NCBI RefSeq assembly: GCF_006345805.1
Contig: NC_043004.1
Coordinates: 91,450,001 to 91,514,000, forward strand
Origin: Octopus sinensis
Lineage: Eukaryota
Direction: 5' to 3'
DNA length: 64,000 bases
Shown: positions 14,343 through 27,529 of the stretch, piece by piece
How the letters are laid out: each line of letters opens with the position of its first letter
How positions within the stretch are numbered: position 1 is the stretch's first letter
Program-made: the position numbers and the translations under genes
Notes under the pieces: generated by a model
Told to the model about the DNA's origin: nothing
Database searches by the model: none
What the model saw: only the letters and a program-made list of their open reading frames with translations

Positions 14343-15146
14343 GATGGACTTCTTTTGGATTCTATCTATCAAATCTACTCACAAGGCCTTGGTTGAACCG
14401 ATGCTATAGTAGAAGACATTTGACCAAGGTACTGTGCAGTGGGACTGAATCCAGAACCATGTGGTTGGGAAGCAAGCTTCTTACCACACAGCCACATACA
14501 TATATATGCACACACACACACACACACACATATATATAAATATATATATATTTTGCCTTAAGCAAAAATGAGAACAAATTTAGAATGGTTCGTAGACATT
14601 TGACATCTACTTCTAGAGTATTGGTGTTAATGACTCTTGAGATGCCTACATGCATATAAATGTACTTTCACACAATACAGTGAGAATGAATTCTGAGTAA
14701 CCATTAACTTAATTTAAATTACTTTAAGGTATGGATGACTTTAATTTACATTTAACCTCCCCAATCTTATAAACACCAAGTTGATAAATAACTCGCTTTG
14801 TGATCATGAGTGCACCAAACCTCATGTGGTGTGTATGCTCACATTTTTGCGGATGCTTGTATGAGTGAGTGTACTCACACCATGTAGCTTGCCCAAGGGT
14901 GTTTATACATCCATATCTGTTAACGGTTATTTTTAATACTTTTCTCGCTGGATTGTGTGTTTGTTTCTCTTTCTGCCATCTGTGATTTTATTTTTGATCT
15001 TCTATATAAATGAAGATATTTTCTCCGTCTGGCTGCTTTTCTCTCTGCAAAACAGAAAGTTACATTGCGGGAACAGTCATTTTAATGAGTTGTCTTTATT
15101 TATCACCTGCCGAGATACATCTGCACAATCTTCTGTCTTTCATTTG

Positions 15147-15180
<34 letters not shown>

Positions 15181-15187
<7 letters not shown>

Positions 15188-15347
15188 ACAAGATAAGGGC
15201 AGAAGAAAAATTCTAATGCCAAATATGCCAAAACAAAAAATTGTCGATAACCATTATAATTTATGCGTCTCGAAACAAACCGATAGAAATCTCTAAAAAA
15301 CATATTTGGCATTAGAATTTTTCTTCTGCCCTTATCTTGTAAATTAT
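15181..15347. repeat. Perfect 47-bp inverted repeat with 73-bp spacer
   Basis: 15181-15227 versus 15301-15347; follows (TA)n. Confidence 0.9.
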
Positions 15348-15741
15348 GTATAAATTTTACCTTTAAAGGCATTTTCTGATATGCTGGCCATTGATAAAAT
15401 TTTTTCCCGAAAAAAATTTTATCCTATATTAATTATACATATATATATAAAGGTGATGCCCCAGCATGACCACAGTCTAATGGCTAAAACAAGTAAAAGA
15501 ATATATATGTATAGATATCTCTATATATATCCATACATATACACACACATACACATATATACATATAGATATATACACAGACACACACAAACGCATGACT
15601 GCATGGTTAAGAAGGTTGCTTCCCATTCATGTGGTTTTGGGCTCACTCCTACCACATGGCACTTGTGACATCTACTATGGCCCTTAGACAACTAAAGAAT
15701 TGTGAGTGGATTTTGTAGACAGAGACTGAAAGAAGCCCAAA

Positions 15742-15783
<42 letters not shown>

Positions 15784-16058
15784 GTTTCCTTGTCATGACA
15801 TCACATGATGATTTTAAATGAGCACCAATGTCATATATTATATAACTGATGTCATACATTTCCAGTCATCCATGGAAAACATATCTGGACATGGGGAAAT
15901 ATTACCTTGCATCGAGACAGGTGAGGATTGTTGATAGTAAAGGCATCAGTTAGAACTGCCTCAACATATTCTCTCTGACCCATGCAAACATGGGAAAGTG
16001 GTTCTTTAAAAATAATGATGATGATGCTTTTACAAACACATATATACATATTTATATA

Positions 16059-16092
<34 letters not shown>

Positions 16093-16095
<3 letters not shown>

Positions 16096-16432
16096 ATCAA
16101 AATAAGCAACAAGGATATCCAGAGGTAATGCAGTACGATCGTTTCATGCGACTCCATTTAATTGAACAATGCAAATATTACATCAGTTTTAAAATGTAAT
16201 TTTTATGCAGCTGAAGATTGCTCTACATTTTAAAACTGATGTAATATTTGCATTGTTCAATTAAATGGAGTCGCATGAAACGATCGTACTGCATTACCTC
16301 TGGATATCCTTGTTGCTCATTTTGATTGTAATCACCCCATTTTGAATTATATGGATAATACCATACCAAATTCTGGTGCCTTTAACTTAAGTACCATATT
16401 CAACTGAATCTAAATTTTTACTGAACTTATAT
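16093..16432 (+). mobile_element. Fold-back PLE-terminal-repeat-like element (family H3), 106-bp arms
   Basis: 16093-16198 is the reverse complement of 16224-16329 (1 mismatch seen); homologs at ~43540-43738 and ~50390-50706. Confidence 0.85.
16205..16294 (+). ncRNA. Type I hammerhead ribozyme motif with long stem II insert
   Basis: AUGCAG-CUGAAGA-(59 nt)-GAAAC-GAUC-GUA-CUGCAU: perfect 6-bp stem I, palindromic ACGAUCGU, GUA cleavage triplet. Confidence 0.75.
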
Positions 16433-16436
16433 ATAT

Positions 16437-17810
16437 ACAGTTCTATATTTGAGAGATGAGGACAAGAAATTATGTACATTATTACATTATATACATTTGA
16501 TGGAAATGTTGACCTTCCGCAAAGAAACTACCTAATTCAGAATGGAAACTGATATATATCGACAAGAAGAGGGTTTAGCTATGGGTTCGCCATTATCACA
16601 GATAATAGTCAATATACACATGGAATACTTTGAGAATTTGGCTTTAGGATCAACACCACTAAAACCAACCCTATGGCTGTGATATGTTGATGACACTTTT
16701 ATACTCTGGCCCCATCAGGAAGATGTCCAGATCATGTGAACTCAATAAAGCCATCCATACAGTTCACAATGGAAAAGGAAAAAGACAATCAGCTAGCATT
16801 CCTGGACGTATTAATAACATGCACCAAGTATGGATCCAGTACATCCGTATACCGCAAGCCAACCTTCACTGGACAGTACCTCAACTTCAATTCCCACCAT
16901 CCATATGGTGTAAGAGAGGGATTGCTCAGTGCCTAAAACATTGAGCAAAGAATATAAGTAGCGATTGTGATACACACCACAGAGAAATGATCAGGCTAAG
17001 TAACAATATATTAAGCAACAACTACCCCAAAAACATGCTACACACTCCAATTAAGAAGAGAAGAAAGGATGAGACCTATGAACTGACCACAGTCTGTCTG
17101 CTCTATGTGAAAGGCTTCTCTGAAAAGATACAAAAGATATGTGGCCATATGACATCAGGACAGTATTCAAGAGTAATACAACATTTTGTAAATATCTCCT
17201 TCGAGTAAAACCACCAATAGAAGAGATTATGATCAAAGACGGCATGTACTCCATCCCATGCAGCTGTGGTAGGTTATACAAAGGCGAAACATGCCACACC
17301 TTCAAAATGAGGGTAGAGGAACATTGCAAAACTGTGACATGAGGAGATATTGATAAATTGGGTATAGCTGATCATGTATGGAAAAACAGAGACAAATCCC
17401 CCTGTGGGACGAAGTTAAAATAATAGACAGAGAACACCACTGGAAAATACGGAAACTAAAAGAGGCAGTACATATGTTAGGGCATAATAACCTCCTGAGC
17501 CTAGTGCAGATATGAGTAGCATATGGGAACCAGCATTAAGGAAGGATAGGAAAATATTAGATTTATAAGCCCTAAAATTCACTCCATAATTATCCACAGG
17601 TTAAGAGTGCAGGCTACTAACCCCAAGATTCCGAGTTCGATTTCAGGCAGTGACCTAAATGATAATAATAATATCAGAAAAATACCTTAGGAATGAGAAC
17701 CCAGGTTCGAAATTTCCCCCAAAACACCTGATGAAGGCTGAAGAGTACATCAGCTGAAATGTTATGTTAACAACAAACAAGATGAGGACAAATATCTGTC
17801 AAATATAAAT

Positions 17811-17816
<6 letters not shown>
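16437..17816 (+). mobile_element. 5'-truncated Penelope/Poseidon-type retroelement: RT and GIY-YIG pseudogene, 3' terminal repeat, inverted 5' repeat fragment
   Basis: YRQEEGLAMGSPLS (~16557-16598), YVDD (16684), IQFTMEKEKDNQLAFLDVLI, VYRKPTFTGQYLNFNSHHP, GMYSIPCSCGRLYKGET; stops and frameshifts; 16437-16510 is an inverted copy of the family's 3' end. Confidence 0.92.
17723..17768 (+). ncRNA. Hammerhead motif in the PLE terminal repeat (family H4), slightly degenerate
   Basis: AACAC-CUGAUGA-A-GGCUG(10 nt)CAGCU-GAAAU-GUU-AUGUU. Confidence 0.65.
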
Positions 17817-17855
<39 letters not shown>

Positions 17856-17857
<2 letters not shown>

Positions 17858-18236
17858 TTTTACTCTTTTATTTGTTTCAGTCATTTGACTGCAGACATGC
17901 TGGAGCACTGCCTTTAGTCGAACAAATTGACCCCAGGACTTATTCTTTGTAAGCCTAGTACTTATTCTATAGGTCTCTTTTGCCAAACTGCTAAGTTACA
18001 GGGGACAAGAACACACCAGCATTGGTTGTCAAGCAATGGTGGGAGACAAACACAAACACACAAACAAACACACACATATATACGACAGGACTCTTTCAGT
18101 TTCCATCTACCAAATCACAAGGCTTTGGTCAGCCTGAGGCTATAGTAGAAGACACTTGCCCAAAGTGCCAAGCAGTGGGACTGAACCTGGAGCCATGTAG
18201 TGGGTAAGCAAGCTACTTACCACACAGCCACTCCTA
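17856..18236 (-). mobile_element. SINE family A, near full length
   Basis: Reverse complement of the family A consensus. Confidence 0.88.
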
Positions 18237-18295
18237 TTTATATTTATATACATGCATATATATATATATGTATACACACACATACATATTATATT

Positions 18296-18515
18296 GTGGA
18301 GGCGCAATGGCCCAGTGGTTAGGGCAGCGGACTTGCGGTCGGAGGATCGTGGTTTCGATTCCCAGACCGGGCGTTGTGTGTGTTTATTGAGCGAAAGCAC
18401 CTAAAAGCTCCACGAGGCTCCGGCAGGGGAAGGTGGTGATCCCTGCTGTACTCTTTCACCACTCTAAAGGCGGTGCTCCAGCATGGCCGCAGTCAAATGA
18501 CTGAAACAAGTACAA
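18296..18515 (+). mobile_element. Chimeric SINE: family B head with family A tail
   Basis: Matches the 10635 copy up to ctctttcaccac, then switches to taaaggcggtgctccagcatggccgcagtcaaatgactgaaac. Confidence 0.85.
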
Positions 18516-18516
18516 A

Positions 18517-18561
<45 letters not shown>

Positions 18562-18729
18562 CATGTGTGCGTGGATATGTGTGTATGTATGAGTATGTAC
18601 ATGCACATATATGTTTGTGTGTGTATGTGCATGTACATATACATGTTTGTGTGAGTATGTACTCATATACACATATGTATCTGCATGCATACATATATAT
18701 ATTTAGACATTTATACATATAAATATATG

Positions 18730-18775
<46 letters not shown>

Positions 18776-19111
18776 CAGGCATACATTCACACTCCCGCAT
18801 ATACGTATATACATATATATATATATATATACATAAACATACTCCTATCACACACTATACCCTCAGATATACAAACATATGCATATCCGTATAAATGAAG
18901 GGGATGTGTGCATGAAAGTTGCACTTATGCACTGGACAGTCTTACACTCATATACATACATATAAAGATACTCACACACACATTCATACAATTACAAAAG
19001 AAAAAAAGAAAAAATGAAAAAATATATATAAAAAAAATGTTAAGACATATAGAAAGCTAGTGCAGGAACATAGTAAAAATGTGGATTCTATCCATGATCT
19101 TGGGGGAGGGG

Positions 19112-19380
19112 CTAAAACTGTAACAGGTATTTTGTCGCACGTAGACATGATCCAAAAAGTTCACATCTTGAATTTAGACACATAGGTCCAAGGAACTTTT
19201 CCAGATGAGCTATTGTTCCATATTACAAAGACCACATTTGCCACAACCTTTGGTATGAGGTTTACACTTGGCCAAGCTCTTCCAGTAAATCTTACAGCCG
19301 ACACCCTGTTCTTTTAAGAACCATATATAACTGGATAATTTGGCAGTTTTTCATTTAACCCAGTCTGTGAAGCTTTAAGG
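19112..19380 (-). pseudogene. PLE GIY-YIG endonuclease C-terminal fragment (second PLE type)
   Basis: Manual translation: KLSSYIWFLKEQG..IYWKSLAKCKP..GCGKCGLCNME* then CLNSRCELFGSCLRATKYLL, matching the LS.YIW.LK / C.LC..E / LN.R.E pattern. Confidence 0.7.
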
Positions 19381-20190
19381 TTTGATTGTTGAACCTTGCT
19401 TTGAATATATATATATATTATATATATATATATAAATATATCTTTTTAAAATCTTTTATTCTTTTACTTGTTTCAGTCATTTGATTGCAGCCATGCTGGA
19501 GCACTGCCTTGGAGGGTTATTTATAGTTGAACAAAACCTACAGGACTTATTTTTTAAGCCTAATATATATGTATATATATATATATATATATAAAGTTAA
19601 TCGAAACAAGAAAACAAAAACAAAAAAACAACAACGCAAGGACGTGGAACAAATAAAGTATTATTGGACGCTCAGGAAAGAAGGGAAGAAGGAGGGTTTG
19701 ATCAAGAGAGAGAGAGAGAGAGAGGCTTCTTTCAGTTTTCGTTGACCAAATCTATTCACAAGGCTTTGGTTGGCTGAAGGCCATAGTAGAAGACACTTGC
19801 CCAAAGTGCCATGCAGTGGGACTGAACCTGGAACCATGTGGTTAGGAAGTAAGATTCTTACCACACAGCCGCACCTGTGCCTAGAAAGAGAAAGAGGAGT
19901 GAGGGAGAGAGAGTAAAGAAACACAGACAGATGGGCATACATATATATAGAAGAGAGCATGATGGTGTCAGTGATATGGTAATATTCCTCTACAGTGCTA
20001 TTGCTAATGAATGACATACAGTATTCACAGAGAGATACTGAGATGATGACCAGATTGTTCAGTACACACTCCTTAAGTTGGCAGCTTGGCAGATTGACAA
20101 CTTGCCAGGTTGCTAATTCATTCATACTGGCTGTGTACTTACTGTCATAACATCCAAAATATGTATTTATATGTTTGTGTAGCAAGAATG

Positions 20191-20224
<34 letters not shown>

Positions 20225-20412
20225 ATGTTTGGTATGACGCTTGCTTCCCAATCACATGTTTCATGGTTCAGTGCCAAACCTTGGGCCAACCAAAGCCCTG
20301 TGAGTGGATTTGGTAGAGTGAAAGAAGCCTGTTGTATATATATGTATACGGTAAGACAACAAAAAAATGAAAGGGACCTCGATATTATGTAAATAGAGAA
20401 ATTTATCTGTAA

Positions 20413-20648
20413 ATGTAATATGTGACAATTATTTGGTAGCCATGATAAAACTCCGAGTTTCGGATGCCGGGGTGGAAAAACCATGCCGCCATCTCTTCAG
20501 TTATCCGGTCACCGGAAAAAATGCTCCTACACTCATTCCATTTTTTCCGATGGCCGGATAACTGAAAAGATGGCGTCATGGTTTTCCACCCTGGCATCTG
20601 AAACTCGGTGTTTTATCATGGCTACCGAATAATTATCACATATTACAT
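20413..20648. repeat. Fold-back element (family H5), ~110-bp arms
   Basis: 20413-20522 versus 20539-20648, with a few mismatches. Confidence 0.9.
20444..20505 (-). ncRNA. Type I hammerhead ribozyme motif
   Basis: Minus strand: GAUAA-CUGAAGA-GAUG...CAUCC-GAAAC-UCGGA-GUU-UUAUC. The plus-strand arm copy has a mutated CUGAAAA core. Confidence 0.72.
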
Positions 20649-20955
20649 CATCATCGTTTAAAGTCCGTTTTCCATGCTAGCATGGGTTGGATGGTTCGAC
20701 CGGGGATCTGGGAAGCCAGAAGGCTGCACCAGGCTCTAGTCTGATATGGCAGTGTTTCTACAGCTGGATGCCCTTCCTAACACCAACCACTCCGTGAGTG
20801 TAGTGGGTGCTTTTTATGTACCACCGGCACAGGTGCCAGGCGAAGCTGGCAACGGCCACGATCAGATTGGTGTATTTTACATGCCACCTGCACGGAAGCC
20901 AGTCAAGGCGGCGCTGGCATCAGCCTCGATTCGGATGGTGCTTTTTACGTGCCAT
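20646..20955 (-). mobile_element. RTE family 1 3' UTR fragment
   Basis: (CAT)n tail plus homology to 12900-13095. Confidence 0.88.
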
Positions 20956-21436
20956 TACAGATATATATATAGTGTCTTCGTGTGTATGTTCTTGTCCCCC
21001 TCCCCCACCACATCACTTGACAACTGGTGCTGGAGTGTTTCCATCCCTGTAACTTAGCAGTTCAGAAAAAGAGAGTGATAGAATAAGTATCAAAATTTTA
21101 AAAGAAATTAAGTACTGGATTCGATACATTTCATGAAAAATTCTTCAAGGTTGGTACCCCAGCATGGCCACAGTCTAATGACTGAAGCAAGTAAAAGATG
21201 AAAGATATACATACATATATGTATATATAGTATTAATGAGGGATTATCAATCTGGGCAAAACACTTTATAAAAACACACACACACCAGGCTAACAAAATA
21301 TTTTAGATTAGTGAAGAATTCCATGTATGTTTATGGTAGGGTTTGAGGTTATAGATTATCACCATTCAATATTGTAAATTTATGGTTGTATTCTCAGTTA
21401 GATTGGTTTTTTTTTTTTACACAAAGACATGATGTA

Positions 21437-21576
21437 ACATATTCCTTTAATGCAGTAAATTCGACTTACAGCTGTTTCTGATAATCATTTTAGGTTTGTT
21501 CATTGATCAATGAATGATCCTATAATGACTATTGGAAACAACTGTAAGTTAAATTTACTGCGATAAAGGAATATGT
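21437..21576. repeat. Fold-back hairpin containing a hammerhead 3' half
   Basis: acatattccttt...cattttagg pairs with cctataatg...aaaggaatatgt; the left arm on minus reads GAAAC-AGCU-GUA. Confidence 0.75.
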
Positions 21577-21673
21577 AATAACGATTATTTATATCTATGT
21601 ATCTATCTATCTATCTATCTATCTATCTACTTATCTATCTATCTATCTTATCTAGCTATCTCTCTCTCTATAT

Positions 21674-21749
<76 letters not shown>

Positions 21750-21758
21750 CATATATAT

Positions 21759-22168
21759 AGGCACAGGATTGGCTGTGTGGTAAGTAGCTTGCTTACCAAC
21801 CACATGGTTCCGGGTTCAGTCTCACTGCATGGCACCTTGGGCAAGTGTCTTCTACTATAGCCTTGGGCCAACCAAAGCCTTGTGAGTGGATTTGGTAGAC
21901 GGAAACTGAGGGAAGCCTGTCATTTATATGTATATATATATGTGTGTTTCTGTGTCTGTGTTTGTCCCTCCAACATCGCTTGACAGCCGATGCTGGTGTG
22001 TTCATGTCCCTGTCACTTAGTGGTTTGGCAAAAGAGACCGATAGAATAAGTACTAGGCTTACAAAGAATAAGTCCTGGGGTTGATTTGCTCGACTAAAGG
22101 AGGTGATCCAGCATGGCCGCAGTCAAATGACTGAAACAAGTAAAAGAGTAAAAGAGAAAGTAAAGAGT
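21759..22168 (+). mobile_element. SINE family A, full length
   Basis: tRNA-like head (ggctgtgtggtaa...gggttcagtc), CORE-like ccttgggcaagtgtctt, internal TA/TG tract, (AAAGAGT)n tail. Confidence 0.92.
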
Positions 22169-22964
22169 ATATATATATATACACACACAAGTGTATTTAT
22201 ATACATGCACACACACACACACACACACATCTTAAAAGCAAGCCATCATCTGCAAACAGGTATGGCTTTCTAACATTCATAACATGTACTATAATTCTTT
22301 AATTATTTTAGGGGCCTATGTTTTTATGAGCAAATACCCTCTTTGACTTGGCAGTCTTTGACCATGCAAAACATCCAAGATGTCACAGTTTGAGGGGAAA
22401 AAGAACTGCACCAGCACTTGGCTGGTATACTAAGTGAAATAAAGTGTCTTGCTCAAGGATAGAAAGCATTGCCAATTCCAGGAATTGAACTCATGACATT
22501 ATAGCCATAAAGCAAACATCCTAATGACTTGAACATTTATTTGCCTTCACAATGCATGTGTCTCTCTATATGTATTCCCTTCTCTTCTTTTGATGCACAC
22601 CAATGTTGTGATAGCTAGAGATTCCTGAAAAGCAAACATATGTAGTAAAAGATTTTGAGACATAATTTTATTCAAAGCCTCTTTTTCTGATTGAGCTGTT
22701 AGTATGAAGTTAAACATAAACTGAAGGTGAATATTTGGTATATGTCAGCTGCTCACAGCATTCTGCCAGTTGAGTAGTATATTTGGTGTGATGTGAAACT
22801 GTAAAATCTTTAGATGGTTAGGTTAGTGTACTGCAGAATATGAATGAGGAAGAAGGGTGAGATATTCTGGATGTTTGGTGAGGATGCACCAAACTACTAA
22901 CATTTCAGGAATTATGGACAATTTATTAAAATCTTAAGGGATAATATAAAGGGAATTATCAGCT

Positions 22965-23007
<43 letters not shown>

Positions 23008-23011
<4 letters not shown>

Positions 23012-23181
23012 TAATTCAAACAAGAAAGCACAAAAAAAACACAACAACGCGAGGACGTGGAACAAATATAGTATTATTGGACACTCAGGAAAGAAGGAAA
23101 GAAGGAGGGTTTAACGTTTCGAGCGGAGCTCTTCGCCGGAAACATAGGAAAAAAAATCGCCAACGGTACACACGAGGTCAT
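23008..23181 (-). mobile_element. Family H1 copy with mutated hammerhead core (CCGGCGA)
   Basis: Aligns to 7735-7937; (TA)n on both sides. Confidence 0.8.
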
Positions 23182-24787
23182 ATATATAAGGTGTCAAGCT
23201 GGCAGAATTGAAAGCACACTAGGCAAAAATGCTTAGTGGCATTTCCTCCTTCATTATGTTTTTGCTGAGATTGACTTTACCTTTCACCCTTTTGGGGTCA
23301 ATAAAATAAGTACCAGTTGAGTACTGGGGTCAGTGTAATTGACTTATCTCCTCCCCTGAGCTCACTAGCCTTGAGCCAAAATTTGAAACCAATATGTATG
23401 TATGTGTATGTGTGTATGTGTGTGTCAACATGTACACAGAAACACATGTGAATGTGTACACATGCTCTCACACACACAGATACATTACAAGCACAAACAC
23501 ACAAATCCATGTAAAATTTGCTGGTTAACTATGTATCATTTTCTTCTTAATATTTAGTATATTACTGGACAATTTCAGCAACAAATAACATGAACATTTA
23601 TTTGGTTTATAATGAATAAAGAGATTCTGGAAGCTTCCACTTTCATAATGACCAAAAGTGATGGTAGTCAGAGCTTTCTCCAAACAACTGATGTCAAAAC
23701 AGTCGAATGTATTCAAGTTATTCTTGCCATTTCAGCCATTTTAATGAATGTATCTACAATCAAATTCCAGTATAATTATTTTCTATTACTTTTAATTATA
23801 TAACAAAATCTTTCAATAAATAAATCTTCATTGTAGATCAAATTTATAAAAAGATAGTTTTTTTCTTTTTTTTTTTTTAATTAAGCATTGAAAGGACACT
23901 ATTTGTTGATTTCATAATCAACTATATTAGCCTGTGAATGATCTAATTAAATTTTTCTTAATTAACATGAGACCGGTTGTTATCATTGAGTAATTCAAAG
24001 TCTGTGAAAGTTGTTGCTGGAATGTATGAATCTGGCTAAGCTTGGATAATTGAAGAATAACATCAAAGAGAATTCATAAACTACATAAGGGATAAGTCAA
24101 ACAATTGTCATGGTGAAAGATCAATGAAAAAAGAAACGAGGCAGACTGATTGGTACTTAAATATATTATGTGTAAAATCAAAAAAAAAAAAAAATAGCAG
24201 AGCAAATATGACTTTTAGAAACATGTTTTTCCATGCATGGAACAAACTACCCATATCAGATGTTAGTGATCTTTTCACTGTAAACTTAAAAATTCTATAC
24301 TTCCTGACATTTGCCAACACTGGTCTTGACATGCTCAAGCACTTTTGTCCTTTTTATGGTACTTTTACTGATCACTTTTCTTTTTTGTACTTTATTCTGT
24401 GTATTTATGAATCTGCTTTTAGCTATCATTGCTGTCTTTCTTTACTTGACTTATTACTGCTTTTTGTCCTCTCTTTTACTCTTGTTCCAAAAGAGTTGTG
24501 GTGCACTTGAGCATTGTATATATATATCAAGCTCAAGGAGGTGAGCTGGCAGAATCCATTAGCACATTGCGTGAAAAGCTTAGTGGCTTTTCATCTGTCT
24601 ACATGTTCTGAGCTCAAATTCTGCTGAGGTTGACTTTGCTTTCAATCCTTTTGAGGTCGATAAAATGAGTACCAGTTGAACATTGGGGGTCATTGGAATC
24701 ACTGTATCCCACCTCTGAAATTGCTGGCCTTGTGCCAAAATTTGAAGCCATTACTACTACTACTACTACTATTGCTGCTGCTGCTGT

Positions 24788-24822
<35 letters not shown>

Positions 24823-25049
24823 TATAAGGCAGCAAGCTGGTAGAATCATCAGCAAACTGGACAAAATGCTTAATGGCATTTTTTCTGACTTCCTAATCTG
24901 AGTTCAAATCCTACTGAGATCAACTATGCCTTTCATAGTTTCAAGGTTGATGAAATAAGTACCATTTGAGCACTGGGCTTGGTGTAATCAACAAGCCCCC
25001 TTCCACAAAATTTCACACTGTGTACAGTAGAAATAATTATCATTATTTA

Positions 25050-25107
<58 letters not shown>

Positions 25108-25523
25108 AATATAAACCTACTTTATTCTTGCTTTATTATATAAATCGCTACATATATAACACAGCCACAATACCTTACTTACAGACAATATATTGAAACA
25201 TTGCAAGTTATTGCTTAGTATGTGAATTTTATTAATTTCCAAGATTTTTTTTTTGTTTTAACTGGCTGGGCCTAACGATTCTGCCAGCTAGCTGCCTGTG
25301 ACTGATACCATTAATGTTCTTCCTGAATGTTTGTATGTCAATAGCTGCAGAGAAAATATGAAGAGAGAGAAAATTCCAGAAGGATGAACTTCAGTGGAAG
25401 AAGGACTGATCATAGTGATTAGACTGAGGTTTATGGGCTGGACACAACAAAGATGATAAAAAGAGAAGAGATTAGCATATCAGGAATACCTGTGGTTAAT
25501 TGTATATGAAATTCAGTCTTTAA

Positions 25524-25739
25524 CCCTTTCATTACCGTATTTATTTTGGGATGCTCTGTGTTTCATTCATTTAAATATAACAAAGAATTTAGTAAAAGAA
25601 GTTGGTTATCATTAAGCTAGTGTTGGGAACATAAATTGTGGCTAAGGTTTGGTGGAAGATTTTAATTCAATAATTATGAAAACAAGACATTTGTACTACA
25701 GAGCCTGAGGCGGTTTTGGCTGGGTTGGTATCAAAAGGG
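25524..25739. mobile_element. piggyBac-like MITE
   Basis: TTAA on both sides (25520-25523, 25740-25743); imperfect TIRs CCCTTTcatTACC / GGTAtcaAAAGGG. Confidence 0.75.
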
Positions 25740-25883
25740 TTAATGCTATGGAACTAAGCGCTACCCAAATGTTTATCAATACATGATGAGGTGGGGAAGG
25801 CAGAAGTGGTGGGTAGATGGGTAGGAGATAAGCACAAAGTGTTTAATGCTGGTGACTAGTGTAGATGTAGGTGACCCAAAAAT

Positions 25884-26058
25884 ATATTTCTTTATTGCCC
25901 ACAAAGGGGCTAAACATAGAGAGGACAAACAAGGACAGACAAAGGGATTAAGTCGATTATATCGACCCCAGTACGAAACTGGTACTTTATCTATCGACCC
26001 CGAAAGGATGAAAGGCAAAGTCGACCTCGGCGGAATTTGAACTCAGAACGTAACGGCA
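25884..26058 (-). mobile_element. SINE family E, 5'-truncated (duplicate at 27674-27848)
   Basis: 10-bp TSD acccaaaaat at 25874-25883 and 26059-26068. Confidence 0.88.
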
Positions 26059-26563
26059 ACCCAAAAATTAAGAATCCAGCAGGTACCAGATGAACTGGAA
26101 AAGATAGAAGCACTAAGTAGACTTTCTAGAGAAGAATCATGAGTGACAAAATGAACACTTGTGGGTCAAATATCCATGTTTTAATTTTGTTTTTGGTGGA
26201 TGGAAGGAAGGAGTGGAGGGGTGGATGAGGAAGAGAGTTAAATTCAGACAACAACAGAGAGAGAGAGAGAGAGAGATCTGTTTGTTTATGGGAAAGGAGG
26301 TAAGTAGACCGACACTACTAAGACACATCCTCAGATGTCAGGGGAATGATAAGAAAGAACCAACGGTGGCAACAGTAGCAGTAGTAGTATCAGCAGCAGC
26401 AGCAGTAAGAGCAACAACAATCATTACATTATATCAAACCTTCATCTCTCATCTCTCATCTCTCTCTCTCTCTCTGCAATTCACATGTGCAATAGCTCAG
26501 TGTTTACATTGGAGATCGATTCATAGATTACTGTTAATCCAACAACTACAACTGCTGTTGCTG

Positions 26564-26606
<43 letters not shown>

Positions 26607-26850
26607 AACTACTACTACTACTATATAAGGCAGCAAGCTGGTAGAATCATCAGCAAACTGGACAAAATGCTTAATGGCATTTTTTCTGACTTCCTAATCT
26701 GAGTTCAAATCCTACTGAGATCAACTATGCCTTTCATAGTTTCAAGGTTGATGAAATAAGTACCATTTGAGCACTGGGCTTGGTGTAATCAACAAGCCCC
26801 CTTCCACAAAATTTCACACTGTGTACAGTAGAAATAATTATCATTATTTA

Positions 26851-26885
<35 letters not shown>

Positions 26886-27313
26886 TATTATTATTATAAA
26901 TATAACCTACTTTATTCTTGCTTTATTATATAAATCGCTACATATATAACACAGCCACAATACCTTACTTACAGACAATATATTGAAACATTGCAAGTTA
27001 TTGCTTAGTATGTGAATTTTATTAATTTCTAAGATTTTTTTTTTGTTTTAACTGGCTGGGCCTAACGATTCTGCCAGCTAGCCGCCTGTGACTGATACCA
27101 TTAATGTTCTTCCTGAATGTTTGTATGTCAATAGCTGCAGAGAAAATATGAAGAGAGAGAAAATTCCAGAAGGATGAACTTCAGTGGAAGAAGGACTGAT
27201 CATAGTGATTAGACTGAGGTTTATGGGCTGGACACAACAAAGATGATAAAAAGAGAAGAGATTAGCATATCAGGAATACCTGTGGTTAATTGTATATGAA
27301 ATTCAGTCTTTAA

Positions 27314-27529
27314 CCCTTTCATTACCGTATTTATTTTGGGATGCTCTGTGTTTCATTCATTTAAATATAACAAAGAATTTAGTAAAAGAAGTTGGTTATC
27401 ATTAAGCTAGTGTTGGGAACATAAATTGTGGCTAAGGTTTGGTGGAAGATTTTAATTCAATAATTATGAAAACAAGACATTTGTACTACAGAGCCTGAGG
27501 CGGTTTTGGCTGGGTTGGTATCAAAAGGG
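27314..27529. mobile_element. piggyBac-like MITE, copy within the duplication
   Basis: Appears identical to 25524-25739. Confidence 0.75.

Noticed and set aside
23714-23756. Possible minus-strand terminal exon (TFIKMAEMARIT*)
   Set aside because: Weak acceptor, very short, no recognisable homology.
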